A DNA stretch of 64,000 nt, from contig CAYLHG010000007.1 of NCBI GenBank assembly GCA_964383495.1, positions 2,861-66,860 on the forward strand. Direction: 5' to 3'. Made by a program: the position numbers and the translations under genes. Within the stretch, counting starts at the first letter, position 1, and each line of letters begins with the position of its first letter. Of the stretch, positions 17,826 to 27,448 are shown one piece after another. The notes beneath the pieces are model-generated. The model ran no database searches, was not told the DNA's origin, and saw only the letters and a program-made list of their open reading frames with translations. The stretch comes from an uncultured Gammaproteobacteria bacterium (lineage in GTDB: Bacteria; Pseudomonadota; Gammaproteobacteria; JABCZS01).

Positions 17826-19631
17826 TTAGTACTTAGGTGTAGTACTATTACTGCTAACACCCTCCCCTGAGGTGCCACCACTTTTGAAATGCAAGAATCT
17901 TACCGGCGGGGATCCCGCTAAAGGCGCTTGCGTCTGTTCTATAATAGCAAGCTCGCGCGCCACTGTTTTCAAATTAGTCTCTGCATATGTTTTATCTTTA
18001 AAACATTCTTTAGCAGGGCGCTCAGTGTAAGGGTACGAAGCACTATATCGAACAATCGCTTTCACACCACTTTCGTCCCCATCTAATCTTTTCGGTGTCT
18101 TAATACCATATGTAGCAAATAATTTCTCTAATACATTTATAAAGCTTATTTGTTCTGAACCACGATTTTTAATAAAAGATAATGTTTTTCGAGCACAATG
18201 CGCACACATTTGATATGTAGAATGCATGTCCATTACAACTGCATGTATTTTATAACCTCTTAAAGAGCTTATGTTTTTGTCTTTTGTACCCGGAAACATT
18301 TTTAAAACCAAATCAGTTAACACTTGCTTCATTAAACTCTCGTTGTACATTAAGCTCTCGTAATATAAGGTTTCACTATGCGCATCAGTTTGCGAGTTAT
18401 ATCTCCTGCCGGCTTCTGATTGAGTAATATTCTCTATGGGTGTTCTTCCTTGGCTGTGCTGGCTACTACTTCCTGGTCTATCTGGGGTAGGAGGAAGTGC
18501 ACTCCTTGCTGCTATAGATCCTTTCCCTTTTCTACTGCTTGAATTATTTGAAAATTCAAAATGAAGGCTCGCGCTGGTTGCTAAATTATTTGCAAAATCT
18601 TCCCGTTTTTTTTGATCAGTCAGTGGGGATAATGCAAATTGTAATGACTTTTTTCCCTCGATAAAAACAGAAACAAATTTTCGTCCTACGCTTGAATTAT
18701 TGGAAATAGGCCTATCAGAAATCACAAATCCGATACTTGCAAAAATGCAATTCCCTTTGCCATACACTCCCAAATTAACGTACGCCTCATGAGCTTTCTT
18801 CATTTTGGCATGTATGTCATTTCCTGGTACATCAATTTGTTTATATGGTCGAGTCTCTGCATTTTTACTGGGATAAATAAGATCGAGATCAAATCTTTCA
18901 TGTATAAACCCTTCGCTTAATGAGCTTGTAGTAATAGCAGGTGTTACTGTCACAGTGGAAGCAGTTGGCTCTGTTATAGCCGGAGTAGCAGGTGGTACAG
19001 GAGCTTTTGCAGGATCATATTGTGGTAATGCCAACGCAGCTTCGTAAGTGTACCCAGAAGCACATTCACGATTCGAACATTTCAACACCTCAGCACGCAT
19101 TGGATTTTTGCCTTTAGTTGATTTTTTAGTAGGCCCTAGATCAATATCAAAAAAAGTTTGATGCTGACAGCAGCTACAAGCTCTATCTGCGTAAAAATAA
19201 TTACCAGGAGCAAATTGAATGTTGTTCTTAAGACGACCACCTACTGTCGCTGCGCTTAAAGGTGTTTTTGTTTTTTGATTTATGAAAGGGTTTCCCTCTT
19301 GCGTGGGATTATAATAATATCGCGTATCTTGTCTCTCAATATAAGCAATATAAATAAGAGGATGTAGCTCTGTCGCAGGTGTTACTACTGGAGGTTCGGC
19401 AGGCTTCGGAGTTGCTGCAAGTACAAGCGCAGGCGCCACTGGCGTATCCTCAGCAGGCGCAACAGGGATAGGAATCGGAATCAAAAGCGGCTGCAGAACA
19501 CCCACTTGAGCAACAACCTCAGGGGCAGCAGGAGCCACAACAATGTGAGGAAAAATCGGCGATAGCGATGCAAAGGGCGCCCGTGCCACTACTGGCGGCA
19601 GTACAACAGGTATCTTGGAAGAAGATTTCAT
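17826..19631 (-). CDS. Orphan 601-aa protein: Pro/Val/Ala-rich N-terminus, Cys cluster, and a C-terminal region with a deaminase-like HSE...CAHC signature
   Basis: This is a long uninterrupted ORF. The N-terminal ~90 aa are P/V/A-rich (IPIPIPVAPA), and there is a Cys cluster CSCCQHQ...CSNREC. The signature is DAHSETLYYESL (H418, E420) then VVMDMHSTYQMCAHCARK (C476, C479). No signal peptide is evident. Confidence 0.7.
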   Translation of the reverse strand: MKSSSKIPVVLPPVVARAPFASLSPIFPHIVVAPAAPEVVAQVGVLQPLLIPIPIPVAPAEDTPVAPALVLAATPKPAEPPVVTPATELHPLIYIAYIERQDTRYYYNPTQEGNPFINQKTKTPLSAATVGGRLKNNIQFAPGNYFYADRACSCCQHQTFFDIDLGPTKKSTKGKNPMRAEVLKCSNRECASGYTYEAALALPQYDPAKAPVPPATPAITEPTASTVTVTPAITTSSLSEGFIHERFDLDLIYPSKNAETRPYKQIDVPGNDIHAKMKKAHEAYVNLGVYGKGNCIFASIGFVISDRPISNNSSVGRKFVSVFIEGKKSLQFALSPLTDQKKREDFANNLATSASLHFEFSNNSSSRKGKGSIAARSALPPTPDRPGSSSQHSQGRTPIENITQSEAGRRYNSQTDAHSETLYYESLMYNESLMKQVLTDLVLKMFPGTKDKNISSLRGYKIHAVVMDMHSTYQMCAHCARKTLSFIKNRGSEQISFINVLEKLFATYGIKTPKRLDGDESGVKAIVRYSASYPYTERPAKECFKDKTYAETNLKTVARELAIIEQTQAPLAGSPPVRFLHFKSGGTSGEGVSSNSTTPKY

Positions 19632-19774
19632 CAGGCGCCCTTTTAGTTAGTTAGAAACACCATTCTACACTATTTTTAACATTAAATTAAGCTTTAAAAT
19701 CACTCAAGCTCCATGCGACCATGCAGCCCAATGGAATTTCATTGATTAATTGGAAAATATGGGATCTAGCGATT

Positions 19775-20329
19775 TTATTTCCATTTAATTGAACACCCCA
19801 TACTAGGTGTTTGCTCGCGAGGCCCCTGCCCTGTTTCAGCAATTTGTTGCATGGCCAATAATAATTCGCGCTTTGCATTTCCCACAGGATCTTTGCCACT
19901 TTGGGTGGCTGCAAAACGGCCGCGATATTGTAATTTAAGACCTGCGTTGTAACCAAAAAAATCTGGCGTACATACAGCGCCATATGCTTTTGCCACAGCT
20001 TGCGTTTCATCAATCAAATAAGGGAAAGGGAAATCAAATTTTTGCGCTATGTCATGCAAACATTCAGGAGCATCTTCTGGATATTCATTGTAATCATTTG
20101 CCATAATGGCAACACATCCCACCCCCATGCTCATCAAATGACGCGTGTCTTCAACCAATTCTGGCAAAATGGCTTTCACATAGGGGCAATGGTTGCAAAT
20201 AAACATCACCAATAAACCTTTTTCACCACGACAATTTGCTAAACAATGTTTTTTACCCTGGCTATCTTTCAATTCAAAATCAATCGATTTTGTATCAAAT
20301 TCACAAACTGGGGTGTGTAAAAGCACCAT
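19775..20329 (-). CDS. Thioredoxin-fold protein (AhpC/TSA / TlpA-like thiol-disulfide oxidoreductase)
   Basis: The CxxC-type motif FICNHCPYV lies in a thioredoxin-like context. Length is 184 aa. Confidence 0.8.
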   Translation of the reverse strand: MVLLHTPVCEFDTKSIDFELKDSQGKKHCLANCRGEKGLLVMFICNHCPYVKAILPELVEDTRHLMSMGVGCVAIMANDYNEYPEDAPECLHDIAQKFDFPFPYLIDETQAVAKAYGAVCTPDFFGYNAGLKLQYRGRFAATQSGKDPVGNAKRELLLAMQQIAETGQGPREQTPSMGCSIKWK

Positions 20330-20400
20330 GAGTTTCTCCTTTTGCTCCCTATCAGATATAATAGTCTTTTTATGATAAAGACTCTACACTCGAGGATAAA

Positions 20401-21174
20401 ATGCCTACTTTAGTATTGAAAATCAACAATACACTCAAGAATTTTAACTACCTTGTTTATTGCCAAGAAACACGTGATTGTCTTGTGATTGATCCTCTCG
20501 ACGTAGATCTCATTTTAAAAACAGCGGCTCAAGAAAACCTTGATATTAAGTATATTGTGAATACGCATGAACACCCAGATCATACTGCTGGCAATATTCC
20601 GTTAAAAGAAAAAACAGGCGCCATCATTATCGCACATTACCAAGCGCAACATATTCCAGGTTTTGACCGAGGGGTAAAAGCTAATGATATATTAGCTCTT
20701 GGCAACACCATTCATTTAAACATATTAGAAACGCCCGGCCACACCTTTCATTCTATCTGTTTATTGGATGAAAAAACCCCTGCCATTTATACAGGGGATA
20801 CATTATTTAATTGCGGCTGTGGCAATTGCTATCACAGTGGCAGTGCTGATGTCATGTTTGATACTTTCGAAACACAATTGCAATATTTGCCGAATGAAAC
20901 ACTGATTTATCCGGGGCATGATTATATTCACAATAACCTACAATTTGCGAAGCACTTGCAACCAGATCTCTCTGCTATTGTTGCATTGGAAAATAAGCTG
21001 CTGCAGCATGCACATTACATCAGCACATTGGGTGAAGATAAAACAGTCGATCCTTTCTTTAGATTAGAAGACCCTCTGCTTATCCAAGCCATTCGTCAGC
21101 ATATTTCTTTAAGTGCTCAGCCTCCACGCAAGGAAGTGTTCCTTGCTTTAAGGCAACTGAGAGATGCATGGTGA
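20401..21174 (+). CDS. gloB: Hydroxyacylglutathione hydrolase (glyoxalase II), metallo-beta-lactamase fold
   Basis: The THEHPDHTAGN (HxHxDH) motif is present, with later GHT and GHDY motifs. Length is 257 aa. Confidence 0.85.
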   Translation: MPTLVLKINNTLKNFNYLVYCQETRDCLVIDPLDVDLILKTAAQENLDIKYIVNTHEHPDHTAGNIPLKEKTGAIIIAHYQAQHIPGFDRGVKANDILALGNTIHLNILETPGHTFHSICLLDEKTPAIYTGDTLFNCGCGNCYHSGSADVMFDTFETQLQYLPNETLIYPGHDYIHNNLQFAKHLQPDLSAIVALENKLLQHAHYISTLGEDKTVDPFFRLEDPLLIQAIRQHISLSAQPPRKEVFLALRQLRDAW

Positions 21175-21242
21175 CCCTAGGAAAAATAAAATATTTATTT
21201 TATTTATCAATAAATTAAATTAGTTGTAATTATCAATTATAG

Positions 21243-21451
21243 GTTATCACACAAGCCATTCAAGTCACGTATGCTTTGCAAGATCCTCTCACTAAAGAAC
21301 GTGAATATGCTGGCTTTTAGAAGCAATGCAAACGTATGGCTTGTCTCAAGGGGTTATCTTGACTAAAAATGAATCGTATGAGGAAACAGCCACCCTTGAT
21401 TCAAAATCCTACCAAATTAAGGTGCGGCCCCTATGGCAATGGTTGTGCTAA
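21243..21451 (+). pseudogene. Remnant of the 3' end of a DUF4143-type AAA+ ATPase gene (paralogue of 45458-46747), frameshifted
   Basis: It reads VITQAIQVTYALQDPLTKEREYAGF*, then after a 1-nt shift LEAMQTYGLSQGVILTKNESYEETATLDSKSYQIKVRPLWQWLC*. This parallels the intact ATPase C-terminus IQVCETLNNETTRHRELTALQVAMKELNVSEGLILTLDESG...VTIMPIYQWLIL*. Confidence 0.6.
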
Positions 21452-21518
21452 TTTGCTTGTATAATTTACTTACCTATGATATTGATGAAAAATTGAATAA
21501 CATTTTTGAGTACTGGAA

Positions 21519-22139
21519 ATGAATATGGAATTACTGATTGCATTTATGATTTATGCGTTTGTCAGCGCGGGCACACCTGGGCCTAATAACGTCATGCTAT
21601 TAGCCTCAGGCGTGCATTTTGGTGTGCGAAAAACAGTGCCTCATATTATGGGAGTAGCATTTGGGTTTGGGTTCATGGTGTTTTTAGCAGGCATGGGCCT
21701 ACTATCTATATTAAGTGATCTCCCGCTAGTGTACGAAATATTACATGTCGTCAGTATTGTTTATTTATTGTATTTGGCATGGAAAATTGCAACTGCTGAG
21801 CCATTACACAATGGCAAAGCAACACAGAAAAAACCGATGACATTTTTACAAGCCGCTGCATTTCAATGGGTCAACCCAAAAGCAATCATGATGGCTATTG
21901 TTGCTATTACTACTTACGTACCGGAACAAAAAATAGGAGAAGCGTTATTCTTAGCTGTAGGGGCAGTATCTGTCGGCTATAGTGTAGCGAGCCTTTTTTG
22001 TGCCACAACATGGGCCGCATTTGGCAGCGGTTTTCAACGTTTTTTGAAAAATCCGCTGCATTATAAAATATTCAACATTACAATGGCAGTGCTGTTAATT
22101 TTATCGCTTTACCCCTTGTTGATTGAAATCTTGACCTAA
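21519..22139 (+). CDS. LysE/RhtB-family amino-acid exporter
   Basis: The 206-aa product has six hydrophobic segments and the N-terminal SAGTPGPNN motif typical of LysE-family translocators. Confidence 0.85.
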   Translation: MNMELLIAFMIYAFVSAGTPGPNNVMLLASGVHFGVRKTVPHIMGVAFGFGFMVFLAGMGLLSILSDLPLVYEILHVVSIVYLLYLAWKIATAEPLHNGKATQKKPMTFLQAAAFQWVNPKAIMMAIVAITTYVPEQKIGEALFLAVGAVSVGYSVASLFCATTWAAFGSGFQRFLKNPLHYKIFNITMAVLLILSLYPLLIEILT

Positions 22140-22330
22140 GATGATGCACCCCTACGCTTAGATGCTCGATTTTCGCAATACAATTCTTTGAGCGATTATC
22201 ATTAATTTGCATTGCTTGCAATTGCCTTTGCTAAATCTGCCACTGCTAATGTTTCAGCAAACACTGACTGCTTTTGGTTAACGGATTGCACCGGCTTAGA
22301 CTAGTAGGGCCTTATGGCGAAAGGTGATAA

Positions 22331-23506
22331 TTATTCCCCCTTCAAAGCAGGATATTCACCATTCTTAAATACCCACACGTCCCGGCTCCAACGCTTACTT
22401 TCAGGAAATGTTTTATCATGTTGCTTTGTCATCTCTTTTGTTGATTTTCCTTCACCACCTTCAACTCCTGCATATTTACGTTGTGCAAGTTGTTTATCAA
22501 AATAAGCCTCAATCACACCCACTTTACTACCAAAATCTCCATCACGATTTTCCGCACCAATTAACCCGCGCCCATTGTCTATTGCAACAACCTCACCCGC
22601 AGCATAGACGTGATCCAATGTTGCACTACCAAAACGAATTCGACCAATAAGCCCACCTGAAAATGAAAATGAACCTACCAAAACACGTGCGTAACTGTTT
22701 TTAATAAGTAAATTATCACCTTCCAACATGCCAACTAACCCACCTGAATGATAAGGCGAGCTTACGAAGCCTGCTGCAGAAGATTGCATAATACTCACAT
22801 TATCTCCTGCATCACCCACGAGCCCTCCAAATACCATGTCTTCAGGATACGGCTCCGTACGCTGTCCTTCTTGGATAGGTAGTAATCCTGTTACGCTGCT
22901 ATTTTCAATCCCCACACCGTACGCAACGCCGAAAAACCCTCCTGCAAACGTATGTTGTTTGATCGCGATATTCAATAAACGTACGTGCAGAATCTTGCTA
23001 TCAACAGCTAAGCCCGCAAGCCCACCCGCAAATCCAGACACATTCCATAGAGAATCATTTGTTGTATCACCCGCAATTATAATATCTTTTCCCGTAATAT
23101 CACTGACAGTAGTTCCTTTCATATCCCCTGCAAGCAACCCACGGTGCGTATCATCGTCACTCAGTACCATTACATTTTCAAATGCAAGATCTGAAATCGT
23201 AGCCCCTTGAGTGTTTTCAAATAAACCACCTTTTTTATCTTTGCCACTTCCTGCGGTGATCATTAAATGGCGAATTGCATAAACGCCTCCATCGGCTTTA
23301 TTGCCTGAAAGTGTGCCAGAAAAAGTGCCTTTAATAGGCGTGAAATCAAACCCTGTGCAATTAATGTCTTCAATTAAATGATAGTCAGCTTTCAGATTAG
23401 CGCCCATGCTTTGTAGATCGGTGCAAGAAGCAATGGCAATGCTTTCATCAGCATGTCCTATTTGCAGAAAAGAAAACAGAGCGAGTGTAGATAATAGCTT
23501 GAACAT
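22331..23506 (-). CDS. Secreted GLUG-motif repeat protein
   Basis: The signal peptide is MFKLLSTLALFSFLQIGHA. Repeated GGLxG-type motifs follow: GGLAGLAV, GGFFGVAYG, GGLVGDAG, GGLVGMLEG, GGLIGRIR and RGLIGAEN. Confidence 0.65.
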   Translation of the reverse strand: MFKLLSTLALFSFLQIGHADESIAIASCTDLQSMGANLKADYHLIEDINCTGFDFTPIKGTFSGTLSGNKADGGVYAIRHLMITAGSGKDKKGGLFENTQGATISDLAFENVMVLSDDDTHRGLLAGDMKGTTVSDITGKDIIIAGDTTNDSLWNVSGFAGGLAGLAVDSKILHVRLLNIAIKQHTFAGGFFGVAYGVGIENSSVTGLLPIQEGQRTEPYPEDMVFGGLVGDAGDNVSIMQSSAAGFVSSPYHSGGLVGMLEGDNLLIKNSYARVLVGSFSFSGGLIGRIRFGSATLDHVYAAGEVVAIDNGRGLIGAENRDGDFGSKVGVIEAYFDKQLAQRKYAGVEGGEGKSTKEMTKQHDKTFPESKRWSRDVWVFKNGEYPALKGE

Positions 23507-23576
23507 ATTTACCTCCTAATTACCAAACTGGAGACCACATAATCTAAGCTTGTCATTGCGAGCGCAACGATTACAT

Positions 23577-24863
23577 TTACAAATACGTCTGTATTTCAGC
23601 TTGATCGCGCAACTGCGTATACCAATTTTGCAATGCTTCATTCATTTTGCGTTGGTACAATTTATCTTGAATTTCGGCACGTAATAATTCATATGAAACT
23701 TCACGCTTTTTACGTTCCAATACTTCAATCACATGCCAACCAAAGGGTGTTAATACAGGTTCACTCATTACACCTACTTTCAATGTTTGCATCTCTTCTG
23801 CAAAGCGCGGTGTCAACGTTTTGGCTTGCATAAAACCTAAGTCCCCCCCAGATTGCTTGGAGCCAGGATCATCTGAATATGTTTTTGCCAATGCTGCAAA
23901 ATCTTCACCTGCTTTGAGCTTAGCAACCACTTCATCAATACGTTCACGCGCTTTTTGTTCATCACGCACTTGATTTAAAGCAACTAAGATATGGCGAACG
24001 TGCGTTTCTTCTACCCATTGCTTGGGCGCAGCATTTTCTTTTAAATCTAACAGCTGCACAATGTGTAAGCCGCTCGGATCTTGTACTGGGCCTTTCACAT
24101 CCCCTTTATTAAAACCGGCAGCTTTGTCACTTAATAACGTCGGCAATTCGTGTGCAAAACGCCAACCTAAATCGGTTCTTTCCAACACATCGCTACTATC
24201 AGAATATTTTAACGCTACTTGATGGAAGTCTTCTTTCGTTTTTAATTTTGCTAACACTTCCTCGGCCTTCTTATTTGCTTCTGCTAATTTTTCCGAAGAA
24301 GGATCTTTGGGCAAAGCGATCAAAATATGTCCAAACAAATATTGACGTTGAGATTCAACACGGTTTTTATTTTGCGCGACCCAATGGTCAATTTCCGCTT
24401 CACTCAGTTTGATATTCGAACCTACCAAACGCTGCTGCGTACGAGAAATCATTACCTGATTGCGCAGATCTGCTTCAAATTTTTTATAATCAATCCCATC
24501 CTGAGCCAACAAGTTTTTTAATTGATCCACACTCACATTATTTTGCTTTGCTACCGTTGCTAATGCTTGCTTCACATCCGCATCCGTCACAGCCACACCG
24601 CCGCGCTCGGCTGCTTGCTTCACTAAAGTTTGCTCTATCATACGATCTAGCACTTGATGCGATAACACTTCATCGGTCGGCATATCTTGGTTTTGAGAAG
24701 ATTTTTTAAATTGCTCTTTGAGAAGCGCTAAGCGAAATTCAAGCTCGTGTGCAGTGATAACATCGTTATTCACCACTGCCACAATTTTATCCAAACTTTG
24801 AGGCGCAGCCCATGAGGCTACACTGTAGAAGAAAAATAACAAAACAATCATAAATTGACGCAT
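23577..24863 (-). CDS. surA: Periplasmic chaperone / peptidyl-prolyl isomerase SurA
   Basis: It has a signal peptide, the SurA N-domain motif LDKIVAVVNNDVIT, and a parvulin motif (GGDLGF...GWHVI). It lies immediately downstream of lptD, which is conserved synteny. Confidence 0.9.
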   Translation of the reverse strand: MRQFMIVLLFFFYSVASWAAPQSLDKIVAVVNNDVITAHELEFRLALLKEQFKKSSQNQDMPTDEVLSHQVLDRMIEQTLVKQAAERGGVAVTDADVKQALATVAKQNNVSVDQLKNLLAQDGIDYKKFEADLRNQVMISRTQQRLVGSNIKLSEAEIDHWVAQNKNRVESQRQYLFGHILIALPKDPSSEKLAEANKKAEEVLAKLKTKEDFHQVALKYSDSSDVLERTDLGWRFAHELPTLLSDKAAGFNKGDVKGPVQDPSGLHIVQLLDLKENAAPKQWVEETHVRHILVALNQVRDEQKARERIDEVVAKLKAGEDFAALAKTYSDDPGSKQSGGDLGFMQAKTLTPRFAEEMQTLKVGVMSEPVLTPFGWHVIEVLERKKREVSYELLRAEIQDKLYQRKMNEALQNWYTQLRDQAEIQTYL

Positions 24864-27385
24864 CAGTAAGTTACCTCGAACCGATCTTGATATCCAGGCA
24901 GGTTGGTTGTAAAGTAATCCACCGGAGAACGCCCTACAGACCCTAGCCCTTTAAATACCCATTGTAAATAATATTCTGTATTGAATGTTTCTGCGCCCGG
25001 CTCACCCGTGTTGAGCTGCAAATAACGCCGAGCACCTGTGCGAACCGCCCAGCAACAGTTTTCGTATTCTAAACCGCCAAAACTGTCAATGGTGAATGCG
25101 TTTTTGATGTCATAATACCAACGACCTAACACATTTATACGGTCCGTTACACCTACAGAAAACCCAATATCTGATTGTACCAAATCTGCTGAGCTGCCGC
25201 CAAGTATTTCATCTGAGCTTAAGTTGCCTGACTCTTCATATCGAAAACCAATATGCATAAGGGTCCGCATGCTGGGTTGAAAATGAAACCGCAACGCCGC
25301 TAGATCGCTCTGCGTATCATACGTATGAAAACGTCCGTCTCCCGTTAAATACCATCGCGAATTAAAACGATACAATATATCTGCCACCAACGGAGAAGTG
25401 TCTGCTGTAGCGCCTGGATCTTCTGTTTTATAGCACGCAGGATCAATTTCTGTATCACATAACATCACGCGACGATCTTCAAAATAAACAATTTCCCCCA
25501 CTGTTGTTTTGAACCGCTCTGCTCCCATTTTTTCATCATAAAAACGCGATGTCAATGCTAAACTTACTTGATTAGCATCGCCAATGCGATCAATTCCTGA
25601 GAAACGATTTTGCCGAAATAATTGTGCTGTTGTAAATTCATAACGTGCGGTATCAAAGACTGGCAAATCATTTTGATCATGATAGGGAATAAAAACATAA
25701 TATAAGCGTGGTTCTAATGTTTGTTGATAATTTGTTTTAAACACTTTCACATCGCGTTCAAAAATTAACCCCATATCCATGGTTGCTGCAGGAATAGCGC
25801 TTTGCGGTGATGTGGGGTCATTAAACGCGGCATCTCTTTCTGAAAGCGTTAAATCATATACTGTTTCATATAAAGTAGTAGATGGAATAATAAATCCATA
25901 CATTGCGCGTTGTGGAAAAAACACAGTAGGCTCAATATGGTAGCGGTTACCGTACGTAGGCGTTTCATTAATCAATGGATCAAATTCATGCTGAAAAGCA
26001 GTGAACTGCCCAAGCCCTGAAAAACGAAACCCGTAATCCGGCCAATAAGGCATGTATGCAGCGCTAAAGCTTGGCATAATACGATAAGGAGGATTAACCA
26101 AATTTGCTTCAAAAGGCTGAATGGTTTGATAATTCTGCACAAATAATTTTGCTGTCCATGCCTCATCAATATAATCTAATTCTGCACGCTGACGCAACAA
26201 GCGCTCGTCCTCACTGAAATCATTTGGACCGAAATCAATTAAATATTCATCATCAGAGACTTGATTATACTCAAGCGCACTACTCCAATGATTATTGTAA
26301 TAACCATTCAATGTTGTATTAATTAACCAGCGATTGCTACCAGCATCTTCAAGATTTTCACGACGAGGATCAGTTGGGTCAGGCACAGCAGGGCTCGCTA
26401 AATGTCTTTCACGAAAATTAATAAATCTTCTATCATGATTTAGATATTCCCAATAAACAGTTCCGTATTGGTATCTATCAAGATATCGTGCTTCGGTTCC
26501 CCATTGAAACCCACGATCAGACATCCAATTAGGCGCAATGGTAGCATCATAATTAGGCGCCAAATTAAAATAATAAGGAACTTTGATTGATAAACCATTT
26601 TGCGCTGAAGAACGATACTCAGGCGTTAAAAAACCGCTCTTGCGTCGATCATCAATTGGAAAATCAAAATAAGGCAAATACAAAACAGGCACTTTCTCTA
26701 TATAAAAAAGTGAATGGTATGTTGTTCCACGCCCTGTGGCTTCATCCAATCTCACTTCTTTCGCTTTTAAATTCCATAAATTATCGCCAGGAGGGCAGGT
26801 TGTATACGTTGCATCGTATAAATACATAGGGGAATCTTTTGCTGTTTTAGCTTTTGACGCCTCTCCTCGTGCTTGACGAGGATAATAACGATACTGCGCA
26901 TTCCATAATGTCGTTTCATTATTTGCAAAAATCACCGAGGCTTTATCTGCATACACTCTAAAGCCAGGCTCCTCTAACATGACTCCGCCTGAAGCCGTGA
27001 TTTTTTGAAATTCCCCTTCTTCATCACGCGCTACAATAACCTTATCCGCAAATAAACGTCGATCTGGCTCCACCAATTCCACATTTCCCGTTAATTCAGA
27101 AGACCCCGTATTAAAAAACAAAGAAGAATTTGCTTGAATAACGCTACCTGAAGGTTGATGAGAAGAAAATTCAGGGGCGGCATAATGTCCATGGCATGCG
27201 CTTTGACCAGGAGGTTCGGGCACCCAGTCGACAAATACTTGCCTATCATCCAGCATAATTGCCTTTGGTTCACTGACAGCACCAAAAGCAGGTGTGTTTT
27301 CTGACATAATTTCATTAGGAACAGCGAAAGCACCCAAGAAAGGTGTTAAGAGGTATACTATGATGAGGGTGGAACGTCTTACCAT
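24863..27385 (-). CDS. lptD: LPS-assembly outer-membrane protein LptD
   Basis: The 840-aa product has a signal peptide and an aromatic-rich beta-barrel sequence with a C-terminal ...RFEVTY. It shows lptD-surA synteny with a 1-nt overlap. Confidence 0.9.
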   Translation of the reverse strand: MVRRSTLIIVYLLTPFLGAFAVPNEIMSENTPAFGAVSEPKAIMLDDRQVFVDWVPEPPGQSACHGHYAAPEFSSHQPSGSVIQANSSLFFNTGSSELTGNVELVEPDRRLFADKVIVARDEEGEFQKITASGGVMLEEPGFRVYADKASVIFANNETTLWNAQYRYYPRQARGEASKAKTAKDSPMYLYDATYTTCPPGDNLWNLKAKEVRLDEATGRGTTYHSLFYIEKVPVLYLPYFDFPIDDRRKSGFLTPEYRSSAQNGLSIKVPYYFNLAPNYDATIAPNWMSDRGFQWGTEARYLDRYQYGTVYWEYLNHDRRFINFRERHLASPAVPDPTDPRRENLEDAGSNRWLINTTLNGYYNNHWSSALEYNQVSDDEYLIDFGPNDFSEDERLLRQRAELDYIDEAWTAKLFVQNYQTIQPFEANLVNPPYRIMPSFSAAYMPYWPDYGFRFSGLGQFTAFQHEFDPLINETPTYGNRYHIEPTVFFPQRAMYGFIIPSTTLYETVYDLTLSERDAAFNDPTSPQSAIPAATMDMGLIFERDVKVFKTNYQQTLEPRLYYVFIPYHDQNDLPVFDTARYEFTTAQLFRQNRFSGIDRIGDANQVSLALTSRFYDEKMGAERFKTTVGEIVYFEDRRVMLCDTEIDPACYKTEDPGATADTSPLVADILYRFNSRWYLTGDGRFHTYDTQSDLAALRFHFQPSMRTLMHIGFRYEESGNLSSDEILGGSSADLVQSDIGFSVGVTDRINVLGRWYYDIKNAFTIDSFGGLEYENCCWAVRTGARRYLQLNTGEPGAETFNTEYYLQWVFKGLGSVGRSPVDYFTTNLPGYQDRFEVTY

Positions 27386-27448
27386 GACGGCGATTTTCCC
27401 AGCGGCTTTCCTTAGTTATGATACGATTATACCGAGTTTCTTTTTTCT

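Noticed and set aside
19687-20013. 108-aa minus-strand ORF overlapping the 3' part of the thioredoxin-fold gene in another frame.
   Set aside because: The overlapping 184-aa frame carries the CxxC thioredoxin motif and a sensible start. The alternative frame has no motif.
21174-21240. AT-only quasi-palindrome (AAAATAAAATATTTATTTTATTT) after gloB, considered as a terminator.
   Set aside because: The arms are not truly complementary when written out, and an all-A/T stem would be unstable.
23552-23570. GTCATTGCGAGCGCAACGA, reminiscent of short palindromic repeat elements that pepper some intracellular-bacterial genomes.
   Set aside because: I saw only one partial copy in this window with no inverted partner, so I cannot support a repeat-family call without a genome-wide search.
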